64,000 bases of DNA from Bacteroides mediterraneensis (lineage in GTDB: Bacteria; Bacteroidota; Bacteroidia; Bacteroidales; Bacteroidaceae): the NCBI RefSeq assembly GCF_025993685.1, contig NZ_DAJPEN010000001.1, forward strand, positions 301,708-365,707. Reading direction: 5' to 3'. The first letter of the stretch is position 1; every line of letters starts with the position of its first letter. The position numbers were made by a program, and so were the translations under genes. Positions 19,726 through 29,538 of this stretch are shown in pieces. The notes beneath the pieces are model-generated. The model made no database searches. It was given only the letters and a program-made list of their open reading frames with translations, and had not been told where the DNA came from.

Positions 19726-22419
19726 ATGAGAAATACTTTATTTTTAATCAGATTAACAATTTTCTTGTTGCTCTTAAATGGAATGAACGGCCTGTGTGCG
19801 ATTGCTAATTCATATCAACCGGAATATTCGACGGCAGGTTTTTATGAATTAGATAACACTGGTAGAAAAGTTTTTAGTATGAACCCTGCTTGGCGTTTTC
19901 ACAAAGGAAATGTGACAGGAGCAGAAGATATAGAATTTGATGACAGTCATTGGAAACTCGTTTCACTGCCCGACGGAATGGAGATACTTCCTGCTGAGGC
20001 GAGCGGATGCATAAACTATCAGGGTGAAGTGTGGTATCGCAAGCATTTTACTCCCGAAGAGGAATGGAAAGGAAAGAGACTGTTCTTGCACTTTGAAGCT
20101 ATTATGGGTAAATCAAAAGTGTGGGTTAATGGAAAACTGGTAAAAGAACATTTTGGTGGATTTCTCCCTGTTATATCTGATGTCACAGATTATCTTGTAT
20201 ATGGAAAGGATAATGTAATTGCAGTATGGGCTGACAATGCGAATGATGCTTCTTATCCTCCTGGGAAACAGCAGGATATGCTTGATTTTGCTTATTTTGG
20301 AGGGATATATCGCGATTGCTGGATGATTGCTCATAATGATGTCTATTTGACAGATCCTAATTATGAAAATGAAATAGCTAGTGGAGGTTTGTTCGTCTCA
20401 TATAATAATGTTTCAGATAAATCAGCAAATATCCGGCTGGATGCTCATGTGAGAAATATGTCATCAAAATCATTTTCAGGAAAAGTGGAATATGAACTGT
20501 ATGACAGAAATGGGAATAAGGTTCAATCCAACAGTAAAAGTTTTTCTCTTTCAAAAGGGAAAGCCCGTACCACGACGGTGGGTATGAATGTCGAAAACCC
20601 TCATTTGTGGGATCCTGATTCCCCATATTTATATCAGCTGTACGTATATATCAAAGATAAGAATAACAATATAATTGACGGCTATCGAAGAAAAATAGGT
20701 ATACGGAGTATAGAATTTAAAGGAAAAGATGGTTTTTGGTTAAATGGTAAACCTTACCCGTATCCGTTGATTGGAGCCAACAGGCATCAGGATTTTGCCG
20801 TTATTGGTAATGCTTTATCCAACAGTCTTCATTGGAGAGATGCAAAGAAACTGCGTGATGCAGGATTAAGAGTGATAAGAAACGCTCATTATCCGCAGGA
20901 TCCGGCTTTTATGGATGCGTGTGACGAATTAGGACTTTTTGTAATTGTAAACACCCCCGGTTGGCAGTTCTGGAATGATGCTCCCATTTTTGCAAAAAGG
21001 GTATACAATGATATACGCAATATGGTACGGCGTGACCGCAATCATCCGTCTGTATGGATGTGGGAGCCTATTCTTAATGAAACATGGTATCCGGAAGATT
21101 TTGCCAAAAATGTGGTGGATATTTTGCATGAAGAATATCCGTACCCCTATTGTTATGCAGGGTGTGATGTAACAGCTCGTGGCAGTGAATATTTTCCTAT
21201 TCACTTTACTCATCCTCTTAATGGAGCGGGTGGTGCATTTAATACCCAAAACATGAATCCTGAAATTTCATACTTTACCCGTGAATGGGGAGATAATGTG
21301 GATGATTGGAATTCTCATAACTCTCCAAGTCGTGTAAACAGAGCATGGGGTGAAATTCCTATGCTTATTCAGGCTCAGGGATATGCAAAGACTGATTATA
21401 AGTATACTTGTTATGATGTTCTTTACAGAAACAGTCGACAACATATGGGGGGATGTCTGTGGCACTCGTTTGATCATCAGCGTGGTTATCATCCAGATCC
21501 TTTTTATGGTGGCATAATGGATGCTTTCCGTCAGCCTAAGTTGGCTTATTATATGTTCTGTTCGCAGCGTCCTGCACAGAAGAATGATATGCTCATTTCG
21601 GAAACAGGGCCTATGGTTTATATAGCTAATGCTATGACCCCCTTCTCTCCTAAAGATGTTACCGTTTATAGTAATTGTGATGAAGTAAGGCTTACATATT
21701 GTAAAAATGGTAAACAATATATCTACAAGAAGGAAAAAACAGACATGGGCATGCCTTCTCCTGTCATTACTTTTGAGAATGTGTGGGATGTAATGTATGA
21801 TAAAAAACTAGCTCGTGAAAGGAAGCATAATGATTCTTATTTATTTGCGGAGGGACTGGTGGATGGCAAGGTCGTAGCTACCCATAAAGTCTTGCCTGCA
21901 CGTCGTCCTTCTAAGATTGTTATGTGGGTTGATAATGAGAATGTGGAAACTACTGCTGATGGTTCCGATTTGGTTACAGTTATTGCAGCTGTGGCAGATG
22001 ATAAAGGGAATATCAAGCGTCTGAACAATTATCATATTAAATTTGAGATTGAAGGAAACGGTGAGCTTGTTGCAGATGAAGCAACTTTCACTAACCCTCG
22101 CCAGGTACAATGGGGAACAGCTCCTGTATTGGTTCGTGCCAATACCAATGCCGGTGAGATAAAGGTAAAGGCTTCTGTTGTATTTGAAGGTATTCATACT
22201 CCCTTATCTGCCGAGCTCATAATTAAGTCTGTTGCTTCAAAGCATAAGCTGATAGCTGATAATAAGGAGCTTTCTCTGTTGCTGGAAGGTTATAAAAAGA
22301 ATGATGGTGTTGTTTCTGAAAGTAATACTGATTGTAAAAGTGAAATTAAAAGGTTACAGCAGGAACTTAGTAGATTGAAACTTAAGGAGGTTGAAAAACA
22401 ACAATCTGATTTTGAGTAA
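19726..22419 (+). CDS. GH2 glycoside hydrolase (probable beta-galactosidase), secreted
   Basis: 'GGIYRD', 'GANRHQD', 'IRNAHYPQ', 'RDRNHPSVWMWEPILNE'; C-terminal coiled coil. Confidence 0.9.
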   Translation: MRNTLFLIRLTIFLLLLNGMNGLCAIANSYQPEYSTAGFYELDNTGRKVFSMNPAWRFHKGNVTGAEDIEFDDSHWKLVSLPDGMEILPAEASGCINYQGEVWYRKHFTPEEEWKGKRLFLHFEAIMGKSKVWVNGKLVKEHFGGFLPVISDVTDYLVYGKDNVIAVWADNANDASYPPGKQQDMLDFAYFGGIYRDCWMIAHNDVYLTDPNYENEIASGGLFVSYNNVSDKSANIRLDAHVRNMSSKSFSGKVEYELYDRNGNKVQSNSKSFSLSKGKARTTTVGMNVENPHLWDPDSPYLYQLYVYIKDKNNNIIDGYRRKIGIRSIEFKGKDGFWLNGKPYPYPLIGANRHQDFAVIGNALSNSLHWRDAKKLRDAGLRVIRNAHYPQDPAFMDACDELGLFVIVNTPGWQFWNDAPIFAKRVYNDIRNMVRRDRNHPSVWMWEPILNETWYPEDFAKNVVDILHEEYPYPYCYAGCDVTARGSEYFPIHFTHPLNGAGGAFNTQNMNPEISYFTREWGDNVDDWNSHNSPSRVNRAWGEIPMLIQAQGYAKTDYKYTCYDVLYRNSRQHMGGCLWHSFDHQRGYHPDPFYGGIMDAFRQPKLAYYMFCSQRPAQKNDMLISETGPMVYIANAMTPFSPKDVTVYSNCDEVRLTYCKNGKQYIYKKEKTDMGMPSPVITFENVWDVMYDKKLARERKHNDSYLFAEGLVDGKVVATHKVLPARRPSKIVMWVDNENVETTADGSDLVTVIAAVADDKGNIKRLNNYHIKFEIEGNGELVADEATFTNPRQVQWGTAPVLVRANTNAGEIKVKASVVFEGIHTPLSAELIIKSVASKHKLIADNKELSLLLEGYKKNDGVVSESNTDCKSEIKRLQQELSRLKLKEVEKQQSDFE

Positions 22420-22438
22420 TATAAATTGATTTTATATA

Positions 22439-23992
22439 GTGTATTGTATGTTTCAGGCTAATTTAAATTATTTGATGGGAATTGGTCTTACAATGAAGGC
22501 TGCTTCTCTTATGGCTTCAAGCCCTGATGTTTCGCAAAGGTCTTTACCAAACGTAATTATAATATATGCCGACGATTTGGGATATGGCGACCTTGAATGT
22601 TATGGTGCGAAGAATGTTCTTACTCCTGCAGTAAACGGTCTGGCTAGTGACGGTATCTTGTTTAACAACGCTTATGCAGTGGCGGCAACAAGTACTCCAT
22701 CAAGATATTCTTTACTTACTGGTGAATATGCATGGAGAAAGGAAGGTACAGATGTGGCTGCAGGTGATGCTGCTATGATTATAAATCCGAATCAGTATAC
22801 TTTGGCTGATGTGTTCAAAAATACGGGATATAGAACTTCAGTTATCGGGAAGTGGCATCTGGGACTTGGAGCTGAGACAGGCAAACAGGATTGGAATGCT
22901 CCTTTGCCTACTCATCCGGGAGATCTTGGCTTTGACTATTCATATATTATGGCAGCAACGGCTGATAGGGTTCCATGTGTTTTTATAGAAAATGGTATGG
23001 TGGCTGATTATGATCCATCGGCTCCAATAGAGGTGAGCTATTCAAAGCCTTTTCCTGGTGAACTTTTAGGATGCGATCATCCGGAACTGTTGTATAATTT
23101 AAAACCAACTCATGAGCATGATAAGGCTATTGTTAATGGAATAAGTAGGTTCGGGTATATGAAAGGTGGTGGAAGGGCTTTATGGAAAGATGAAAATATA
23201 GCTGATTCTATAGCTTGTCATGCGATAGAGTTTATCAATAAAAACAAGAATACCCCTTTCTTTATGTATCTGGCCACTAATGATGTGCATGTGCCAAGAT
23301 TTCCTCATGACAGATTTAGAGGAAAAAATCCAATGGGGTTGCGTGGTGATGCTATCGTACAGTTTGATTGGACTGTAGGGCAGGTGGTTTCTGCTTTGAA
23401 GAATTTGGGCATTTATGATAATACTTTAATCATATTATCTAGTGACAATGGTCCTGTCTTGGATGATGGATATGATGATAGGGCTGAGGAATTACTGAAT
23501 GGACATTCACCTACCAGGGGGTTGAGGGGCAATAAGTATAGTGCGTTTGAGGGAGGGACAAGAATTCCGTTTATTGTTTCGTGGCCCAATGGTATTAAAG
23601 GTGGGAGAAAATCTGATGCTTTAATTTCACAGATTGATTTGATCAGATCGCTTGGTGAGCTTATTGGTGCTCGTATTCCCAAAGGTTCTGCTCCGGACAG
23701 TGAGAATTATATAGGGGCTATTTTGGGGTGTGATACTTTGGGTAGAGACTGGGTAGTGGAACAGTCGTATAATCATACTTTGTCTGTGAGAGATAGAGAA
23801 TGGAAGTTTATCGAGCCTAATAATGGTCCTGCTGGTATTCCATGGATACCTGAAGTTGAATCTGGAAATAGTACTGAACCTCAGCTTTATTATCTTAAAA
23901 ATGATGAATATGAGAAAGTGAATTGTGCCAAAGATAATAAAGAGAAAGTTATAGAGTTTATGGATATATTGAAAAAACTGAGAAAAATGTGA
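22439..23992 (+). CDS. Sulfatase S1 (Ser-type, S1_15-like); start could be ATG 22448
   Basis: 'PNVIIIYADDLGYGD', 'STPSRYSLLTG', 'GKWHLG', 'MAATADRVP', 'SDNGP'. Confidence 0.92.
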   Translation: MYCMFQANLNYLMGIGLTMKAASLMASSPDVSQRSLPNVIIIYADDLGYGDLECYGAKNVLTPAVNGLASDGILFNNAYAVAATSTPSRYSLLTGEYAWRKEGTDVAAGDAAMIINPNQYTLADVFKNTGYRTSVIGKWHLGLGAETGKQDWNAPLPTHPGDLGFDYSYIMAATADRVPCVFIENGMVADYDPSAPIEVSYSKPFPGELLGCDHPELLYNLKPTHEHDKAIVNGISRFGYMKGGGRALWKDENIADSIACHAIEFINKNKNTPFFMYLATNDVHVPRFPHDRFRGKNPMGLRGDAIVQFDWTVGQVVSALKNLGIYDNTLIILSSDNGPVLDDGYDDRAEELLNGHSPTRGLRGNKYSAFEGGTRIPFIVSWPNGIKGGRKSDALISQIDLIRSLGELIGARIPKGSAPDSENYIGAILGCDTLGRDWVVEQSYNHTLSVRDREWKFIEPNNGPAGIPWIPEVESGNSTEPQLYYLKNDEYEKVNCAKDNKEKVIEFMDILKKLRKM

Positions 23993-24069
23993 CCTTTAAT
24001 TTTTTTCTTATTAGAAATTTGAATTTATTAAACTGGCATGCATTGTATACTTAGGGGTTGGAGAATAGT

Positions 24070-24112
24070 TAGTATTCTTCGGGAAGTGAGAAGTCCATCC
24101 CGAAGAATACTA
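24070..24112 (+). terminator. Hairpin closing the PUL
   Basis: tagtattcttcggga / tcccgaagaatacta, perfect 15-bp stem. Confidence 0.7.
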
Positions 24113-24126
24113 GAATTATAAAAATA

Positions 24127-24411
24127 ACCTGAGCTCGAAATGAAGTCAAAAAATAGAAAGTTGTCTGTCTGTTATTGATAAAGTTTACGTCAATGTTTGG
24201 TCTTCTTATCCTTAATCATATATTTTTTCTGTCGTAATGTAGAATTCCTTACAAAAATCATCGGCCATACAATAAATCTCTGTAACTTTAGACTTTAAAA
24301 ACATAGCAGTTATCGTTTAAATGTTATAATTGGTCACTATAAATTTAGTGATTTTATTGCTATGATTTTGATTATCAGTAAAATATATTTATTATTATTT
24401 CGAACTCACAT
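24127..24411 (-). mobile_element. Internally deleted IS982-family element (MITE-like) retaining both ends
   Basis: Terminal IRs acctgagctcgaaat / atttcgaactcacat (12/15); minus strand from ATG 24304 gives MFLKSKVTEIYCMADDFCKEF, then a frameshifted ..KYMIKDKKTKH, joined to a C-terminal-like DVNFIN..LSIF*; resembles Bacteroides IS982 transposase termini as I recall them. Confidence 0.75.
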
Positions 24412-24422
24412 TAATTAGGAAG

Positions 24423-24493
24423 AGTTGCTGCATAATTTCTGGGGAGAAATCACCTTTCATACCATAAATCTCTGTAATTTTAACCTCCGGGAA
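24423..24493 (-). mobile_element. Second, more degraded IS982-like transposase 5' fragment
   Basis: Translates FPEVKITEIYGMKGDF; shares ataaatctctgtaa with the copy at ~24273-24286. Confidence 0.55.
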
Positions 24494-24545
24494 TCTGCCA
24501 GGGATTTTCTTGTATCATATTTATATGTGGGGGTAAGATTGATTG

Positions 24546-25112
24546 ATGAAAAATATTATTGAGAGTATCAGAAAGCAATGTCCTGTATCCGACTCTACTA
24601 TCAAGGAGCTGGAGTCTTATTTGACACCTTGTACTTTTCCTAAAAAGTACCAGCTGATTAAAGAGGGAATTTATTGCAAATATGCCTATTTCATAGAAAA
24701 AGGTACCATAAGAGCCTATTGGGTGGTGGATGGGGAAGAATATACCACTTCATTTGGCACAGAAGGCGGCATTGTGTTCAGTATGGATGAACTTTATTAC
24801 AACCGGAAAAGTGAGGAATATGTAGAAACCTTGGAGGAAGTGCAAGCCTACAGAATCAGTATAACCGACCTCCAACATTTGTTTGAAACGAACCTGGAGC
24901 TATGCAACTGGGGGAGAATCATTCATCAGAATGAATACAGAAGGCTCCACAGAAGTCATAAAGAGCGGCTGTCGCTTCCGGCCAAGGAACGGTATGAGGA
25001 ATTCCAGAAACAGTTTCCCGAAATATGCAGGAAAGTGAACTTGAAATACATTGCCTCTTATCTGGGGATTACCCTTTCCACGCTCAGCAGGCTGCGAAGC
25101 AAAAAGCCATAA
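24546..25112 (+). CDS. Crp/Fnr family cNMP-binding transcriptional regulator
   Basis: 'YFIEKGTIRAY' cNMP-binding fold; C-terminal 'IASYLGITLSTLSRLR' HTH. Confidence 0.9.
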   Translation: MKNIIESIRKQCPVSDSTIKELESYLTPCTFPKKYQLIKEGIYCKYAYFIEKGTIRAYWVVDGEEYTTSFGTEGGIVFSMDELYYNRKSEEYVETLEEVQAYRISITDLQHLFETNLELCNWGRIIHQNEYRRLHRSHKERLSLPAKERYEEFQKQFPEICRKVNLKYIASYLGITLSTLSRLRSKKP

Positions 25113-25183
25113 TTTGATATAGGACAAATTTTAATTGGGGGTGATTCTCTATCTTTGCAGGGTCACATTCAATTTATTCCAAT

Positions 25184-26335
25184 ATGAATCATCCAATATC
25201 TTCCTCGGCTTTTGCCGATACGAAACCGCATTATGAACTGCTCGACGGACTGAGAGGAGTGGCTGCACTGCTGGTGGTGTTTTATCACATTTTTGAAGGA
25301 TTTTCCTTTGCCGGAGGGGGCACCCTCATCACGGTCATCAACCACGGCTACCTGGCCGTCGACTTTTTCTTTATACTTTCGGGTTTTGTCATCGGCTATG
25401 CTTACGACGACCGCTGGAAGAAAAATCTGACCTTGAAGGGCTTCTTCAAGCGAAGGCTGATCCGCCTCCATCCGATGATTGTCATGGGAGCGGTCATCGG
25501 TTGCATCACCTTCTTTATTCAGGGAGGGGTGAAGTGGGACGGCACGCAGGTGGCTACTTCTGCGGTGATGCTGGCTCTCTTGCTGGCCATGTTTTTCATA
25601 CCGGCCTATCCGGGAGCGGGTTATGACGTACGCGGAAACGGGGAGATGTTTTCGCTGAACGGTCCCAGCTGGTCGCTGTTTTTTGAATACATCGGGAACC
25701 TCCTTTATGCCCTTTTCATCCATCGGTTGAGCAACAAAGCGCTGACCGTCCTGGTGATATTGCTTGGATTAGGACTCTCTTGGTTTGCCTTGTCCGACGT
25801 GGTGGGCTACGGCATGATTGGCGTGGGCTGGACGCTCGACGGACTGAACTTCTGGGGAGGAATGTTGCGGATGCTCTTTCCTTTCACGCTGGGCATGCTG
25901 ATATCGCGGAATTTTCGTCCGTTCAAGGTTCGGGGAGCATTCTGGATTTGCAGCGTCATTCTGTTGGTGCTTTTCTGTGTGCCTTATGTGGAAGGCCATT
26001 CGCCCGTGTGTCTGAACGGGGTGTTCGAGATGGTCTGCATTGTCGTCATATTCCCTATGCTGGTTTGTCTGGGGGCTTCCGGACAGACCACCGACAAGCG
26101 GTCGACCCGTATCTGCAAGTTTTTAGGCGATATATCCTATCCGTTGTATGCCATTCACTATCCTTTGATGTACCTGTTCTATGCGTGGCTGATTGAAAAC
26201 AAACTGTACACGCTGGGAGAAACCTGGCCGATGGCGGCACTGGTTTATTTCGGAAGCATCGTCTTGGCCTATCTGTGTCTGAAACTCTATGATGAGCCTG
26301 TAAGGAAGTGGCTGGGCAGGAAGTTTGTGAGATGA
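25184..26335 (+). CDS. Acyltransferase-3 (OafA/YrhL family) membrane O-acyltransferase
   Basis: 'LDGLRGVAALLVVFYH', 'AVDFFFILSGFVI', 'RRLIRLHP', 'WSLFFEY', 'LGDISYPLYAIH'. Confidence 0.93.
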   Translation: MNHPISSSAFADTKPHYELLDGLRGVAALLVVFYHIFEGFSFAGGGTLITVINHGYLAVDFFFILSGFVIGYAYDDRWKKNLTLKGFFKRRLIRLHPMIVMGAVIGCITFFIQGGVKWDGTQVATSAVMLALLLAMFFIPAYPGAGYDVRGNGEMFSLNGPSWSLFFEYIGNLLYALFIHRLSNKALTVLVILLGLGLSWFALSDVVGYGMIGVGWTLDGLNFWGGMLRMLFPFTLGMLISRNFRPFKVRGAFWICSVILLVLFCVPYVEGHSPVCLNGVFEMVCIVVIFPMLVCLGASGQTTDKRSTRICKFLGDISYPLYAIHYPLMYLFYAWLIENKLYTLGETWPMAALVYFGSIVLAYLCLKLYDEPVRKWLGRKFVR

Positions 26336-26364
26336 AGAATTACGGAAGTCTTTAGGATAAAGAA

Positions 26365-26412
26365 TAAATTTCCCCAAATATCTGAGGTTAATCTGATATT
26401 TGGGGAAATTTA
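26365..26412. terminator. Bidirectional hairpin between convergent acyltransferase and topB
   Basis: taaatttccccaaatatc / gatatttggggaaattta perfect stem. Confidence 0.7.
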
Positions 26413-26472
26413 AATTCTTAGTATTCGTATGTTTGTAGTTCGGTAGTTGGGTTATCGTTTATCCGTTTTTGA

Positions 26473-28632
26473 TTACACTTTGAAGGGTTTGCGGAACTTG
26501 CATCCGTTTTTCCACTGTGAGCATCCGTAGGCCATTTTCCCCTTGATGATGATACCCGTGCCGCATACGGGGCAGGCTTTGCCCAAAATACTGTCGTCGG
26601 CAGGAAGGGTATCCTCTTTAGGAGTATCCGGCGCGGTGGCTTTCTTGCTGGCCCGTGGCTTGCGGGGAGCGGCTTTCTTCTTGGGCTCACCGTCGTTGCT
26701 CTTGGGGACAGCGGCTTTTTTCAACGGGATTTTCGGACTGTCGTCGGTAGTGACGGTGACACGGCGGTTGCTGTTGTCGCGCAACACACTGTACACAATG
26801 TCGGTGACCATCTGTTTCAGTTCGGCCAGGAAGGTACCCGCATCGTAGCTTTTCCGCTCGATTTCCCGCAGTTTCTTTTCCCAGATACCGGTCAGTTCGG
26901 CCGATTTCAACAGTTCTTCGTGAATCAGCTGAATCAGTTCCACACCCGTAGGAGTGGCAATCAGGTTTTTACGTTCCTTGCGGATGTAATGCCGCTTGAA
27001 CAAAGTCTCGATGATGGCGGCACGGGTAGACGGGCGGCCGATGCCGTTCTCCTTCAAGGCATCCCGCAGTTCGTCGTTGTCCACCAGCTTTCCGGCGGTT
27101 TCCATGGCACGCAGCAAGGTAGCTTCGGTATAAGGCCGGGGCGGCTGTGTCCATTTTTCGTTGAGCATCGGACTGTGCGGACCGCTTTCTCCCTTGGTGA
27201 AGGCAGGCAACACGCTTTCTTCTTCATTTTCCTTGTTTTCTTCCGACACGTCCTTGGAAAAAATTACCCGCCAGCCGGGTTCCAGAATCTGTTTGCCGGT
27301 TACCTTGAACTCTATCTGGTCGGCTTCCCCGATGACGGTGGTCGTCGAGAATTTGCAGTCGGGGTAGAACACTGCGATGAAGCGCCTCGCTATCAGGTCG
27401 AATACCCGTTTCTCCATGTCGCTGAGGCCCTGCGGCTGTACGCCCGTAGGGATGATGGCATGGTGGTCGGTCACCTTGCTGTTGTCGAATACTTTTTTCG
27501 ACTTGAGGAGCGGTTTCCCGGCCAGTGCGCCCGTATAAACGGTATAATCTTTCAGTCCCTCCAGAATTTTCGGACACTTGGGATAGATGTCATCGCTCAG
27601 GAAAGTGGTATCCACACGCGGATAGGTGGCCACCTTCTTTTCATACAACGACTGGATGAGCTGCAAGGTCATGTCGGCCGAGTAGCTGAATTTCTTGTTG
27701 CATTCTACTTGAAGGGAAGTCAGGTCGAACAGGCGGGGAGGAGCTTCCGTACCTTTCTTGGAACTGACTTCGGTCACGGTGAAGTCTACGTTCCGGATGC
27801 GTTCCAGCAAATCTTTTCCCGTCTGTTCATCGGTAATCTGCGGGATACCCCGGTTGGCATCAGCCTGTGTCTTTTTCTTGGCCGAAGGATTCTCTTTTTC
27901 CTTTTCGGCTTCTTCTGCCAGTTCCTCGTCACTTTTGCGTACGATGGCCGAGAAGACCGTATCCCGGTAGACCGTCTTCAGTTCCCAGTACTGTTTGGGT
28001 ACGAAATGTTCGATTTCCTGTTGTCTTTTCACAATCAGGGCCAGGGTAGGCGTCTGTACCCGTCCGATGGAAAGTACCTGTTTGTTCTGTCCGTATTTCA
28101 GAGTATAGAGTCGGGTGGCATTCATGCCCAAGGTCCAGTCGCCGATGGCCCGGCTCAGTCCGGCTTCGTAGAGCGGCTGGAACTCCGACTGGTCTTTCAA
28201 GTGTGCAAAACCGTCGCGGATGGCCTCTTCCGTCAGTGAGGAAATCCAGAGCCGTTTGACCGGACACTTGGCTCCGGCCTTCTGCATCACCCACCGCTGG
28301 ATGAGTTCTCCTTCCTGGCCGGCATCCCCACAGTTGATAATCATTTCAGCTTCCTGCATCAGCTTTTCGATGATGTGGAACTGCTTTTCAATCCCGCTGT
28401 CGTTGATCAGCTTGATGCCGAAGCGGGGAGGAATCATGGGAAGAGTACTCAGGCTCCATGTTTTCCATGAAGGAGTATATTCATGCGGTTCTTTCAGGGT
28501 ACACAAATGCCCGAATGTCCAGGTCACCTGGTATCCGTTTCCTTCAATGTATCCTTCTTTTCGGTTCTTGGCTCCCAGCACGTCGGCGATGTCGCGTGCC
28601 ACGCTGGGCTTTTCGGCGATGCAAACTATCAT
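26473..28632 (-). CDS. topB: DNA topoisomerase III (type IA)
   Basis: 'IAEKPSVA', 'DAGQEGELI', 'SIGRVQTPTL', 'TYPRVD', 'GIGRPSTRAAII', C-terminal zinc ribbon; start placed at MIVCIAEK. Confidence 0.95.
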   Translation of the reverse strand: MIVCIAEKPSVARDIADVLGAKNRKEGYIEGNGYQVTWTFGHLCTLKEPHEYTPSWKTWSLSTLPMIPPRFGIKLINDSGIEKQFHIIEKLMQEAEMIINCGDAGQEGELIQRWVMQKAGAKCPVKRLWISSLTEEAIRDGFAHLKDQSEFQPLYEAGLSRAIGDWTLGMNATRLYTLKYGQNKQVLSIGRVQTPTLALIVKRQQEIEHFVPKQYWELKTVYRDTVFSAIVRKSDEELAEEAEKEKENPSAKKKTQADANRGIPQITDEQTGKDLLERIRNVDFTVTEVSSKKGTEAPPRLFDLTSLQVECNKKFSYSADMTLQLIQSLYEKKVATYPRVDTTFLSDDIYPKCPKILEGLKDYTVYTGALAGKPLLKSKKVFDNSKVTDHHAIIPTGVQPQGLSDMEKRVFDLIARRFIAVFYPDCKFSTTTVIGEADQIEFKVTGKQILEPGWRVIFSKDVSEENKENEEESVLPAFTKGESGPHSPMLNEKWTQPPRPYTEATLLRAMETAGKLVDNDELRDALKENGIGRPSTRAAIIETLFKRHYIRKERKNLIATPTGVELIQLIHEELLKSAELTGIWEKKLREIERKSYDAGTFLAELKQMVTDIVYSVLRDNSNRRVTVTTDDSPKIPLKKAAVPKSNDGEPKKKAAPRKPRASKKATAPDTPKEDTLPADDSILGKACPVCGTGIIIKGKMAYGCSQWKNGCKFRKPFKV

Positions 28633-28778
28633 GGTCTTTCTTTCAATATGGGGCAAAATTACGCAAAGTTGCCTGAATAGAAAAATAAAATCTTTATCTT
28701 TGAGCGGAAACGACTGACAGCCTTTCTTTTGGCAAGGTTTTTGTAAGATAGAATGTATAACGATTAAATGAAGAAATT

Positions 28779-29456
28779 ATGTTTATTTGGATTGTATTTA
28801 TAGGTATTGCGATTCTCAGTTACATGGTGCAGGCCAGTCTGAAGAGTAAGTTTGAAAAGTATTCCCAGATTCCGCTGAGTAACGGGATGACAGGAAGGGA
28901 AGTCGCTGAAAAAATGTTGCGTGATAACGGCATCTACGACGTGACGGTGACCAGTACGTCGGGGATGTTGACCGACCATTATAACCCGATGAACAAGACG
29001 GTGAACCTGAGTGAAGGGGTTTATGGAAGTGCGAGTGTGGCTGCGGCGGCAGTAGCTGCCCATGAGTGTGGGCATGCCGTGCAGCATGCGCGGGGATATG
29101 CGCCTTTGCGGATGCGTTCAGCATTGGTACCGGTGGTACAGTTTTCTTCTTCCATCGTATCGTGGGTGCTGCTGGCAGGTATCCTCATGGTAAATTCTTT
29201 CCCGCAGTTGCTGCTGATTGGTATTTGTCTGTTTGCCATGACTACTTTGTTCAGTATTATTACGCTCCCGGTAGAGATAGATGCCAGCCGTCGGGCGTTG
29301 GCATGGTTGAGTCGGGCGGGTATCACCAATGCCTTCAACCACCAGCAGGCCACGGATGCCTTGAAGTCGGCTGCCTATACGTATGTAGTAGCGGCACTGG
29401 GTTCATTGGCTACGTTGATTTACTACGTGACAATTTATATGAATCGCCGCGAGTAA
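28779..29456 (+). CDS. Membrane zinc metallopeptidase (YugP / Zn_peptidase_2 family)
   Basis: 'LTDHYNP', 'AAHECGHAVQH', 'TLPVEIDASRRA'. Confidence 0.9.
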   Translation: MFIWIVFIGIAILSYMVQASLKSKFEKYSQIPLSNGMTGREVAEKMLRDNGIYDVTVTSTSGMLTDHYNPMNKTVNLSEGVYGSASVAAAAVAAHECGHAVQHARGYAPLRMRSALVPVVQFSSSIVSWVLLAGILMVNSFPQLLLIGICLFAMTTLFSIITLPVEIDASRRALAWLSRAGITNAFNHQQATDALKSAAYTYVVAALGSLATLIYYVTIYMNRRE

Positions 29457-29538
29457 GCGTGAAATCCTTTCGTTTTGTGTGTGGAAGGTAGAAATTTTAT
29501 TCGTAATTTTGCCCCGTTAATTTAAAGACTGATTCATT

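Noticed and set aside
5600..25150. Island as an ICE, prophage or composite transposon
   Set aside because: No integrase, relaxase, tra or phage genes, no tRNA attachment site, and IS remnants on one side only.
26920..28239. 439-aa plus-strand ORF
   Set aside because: Antisense shadow of topB.
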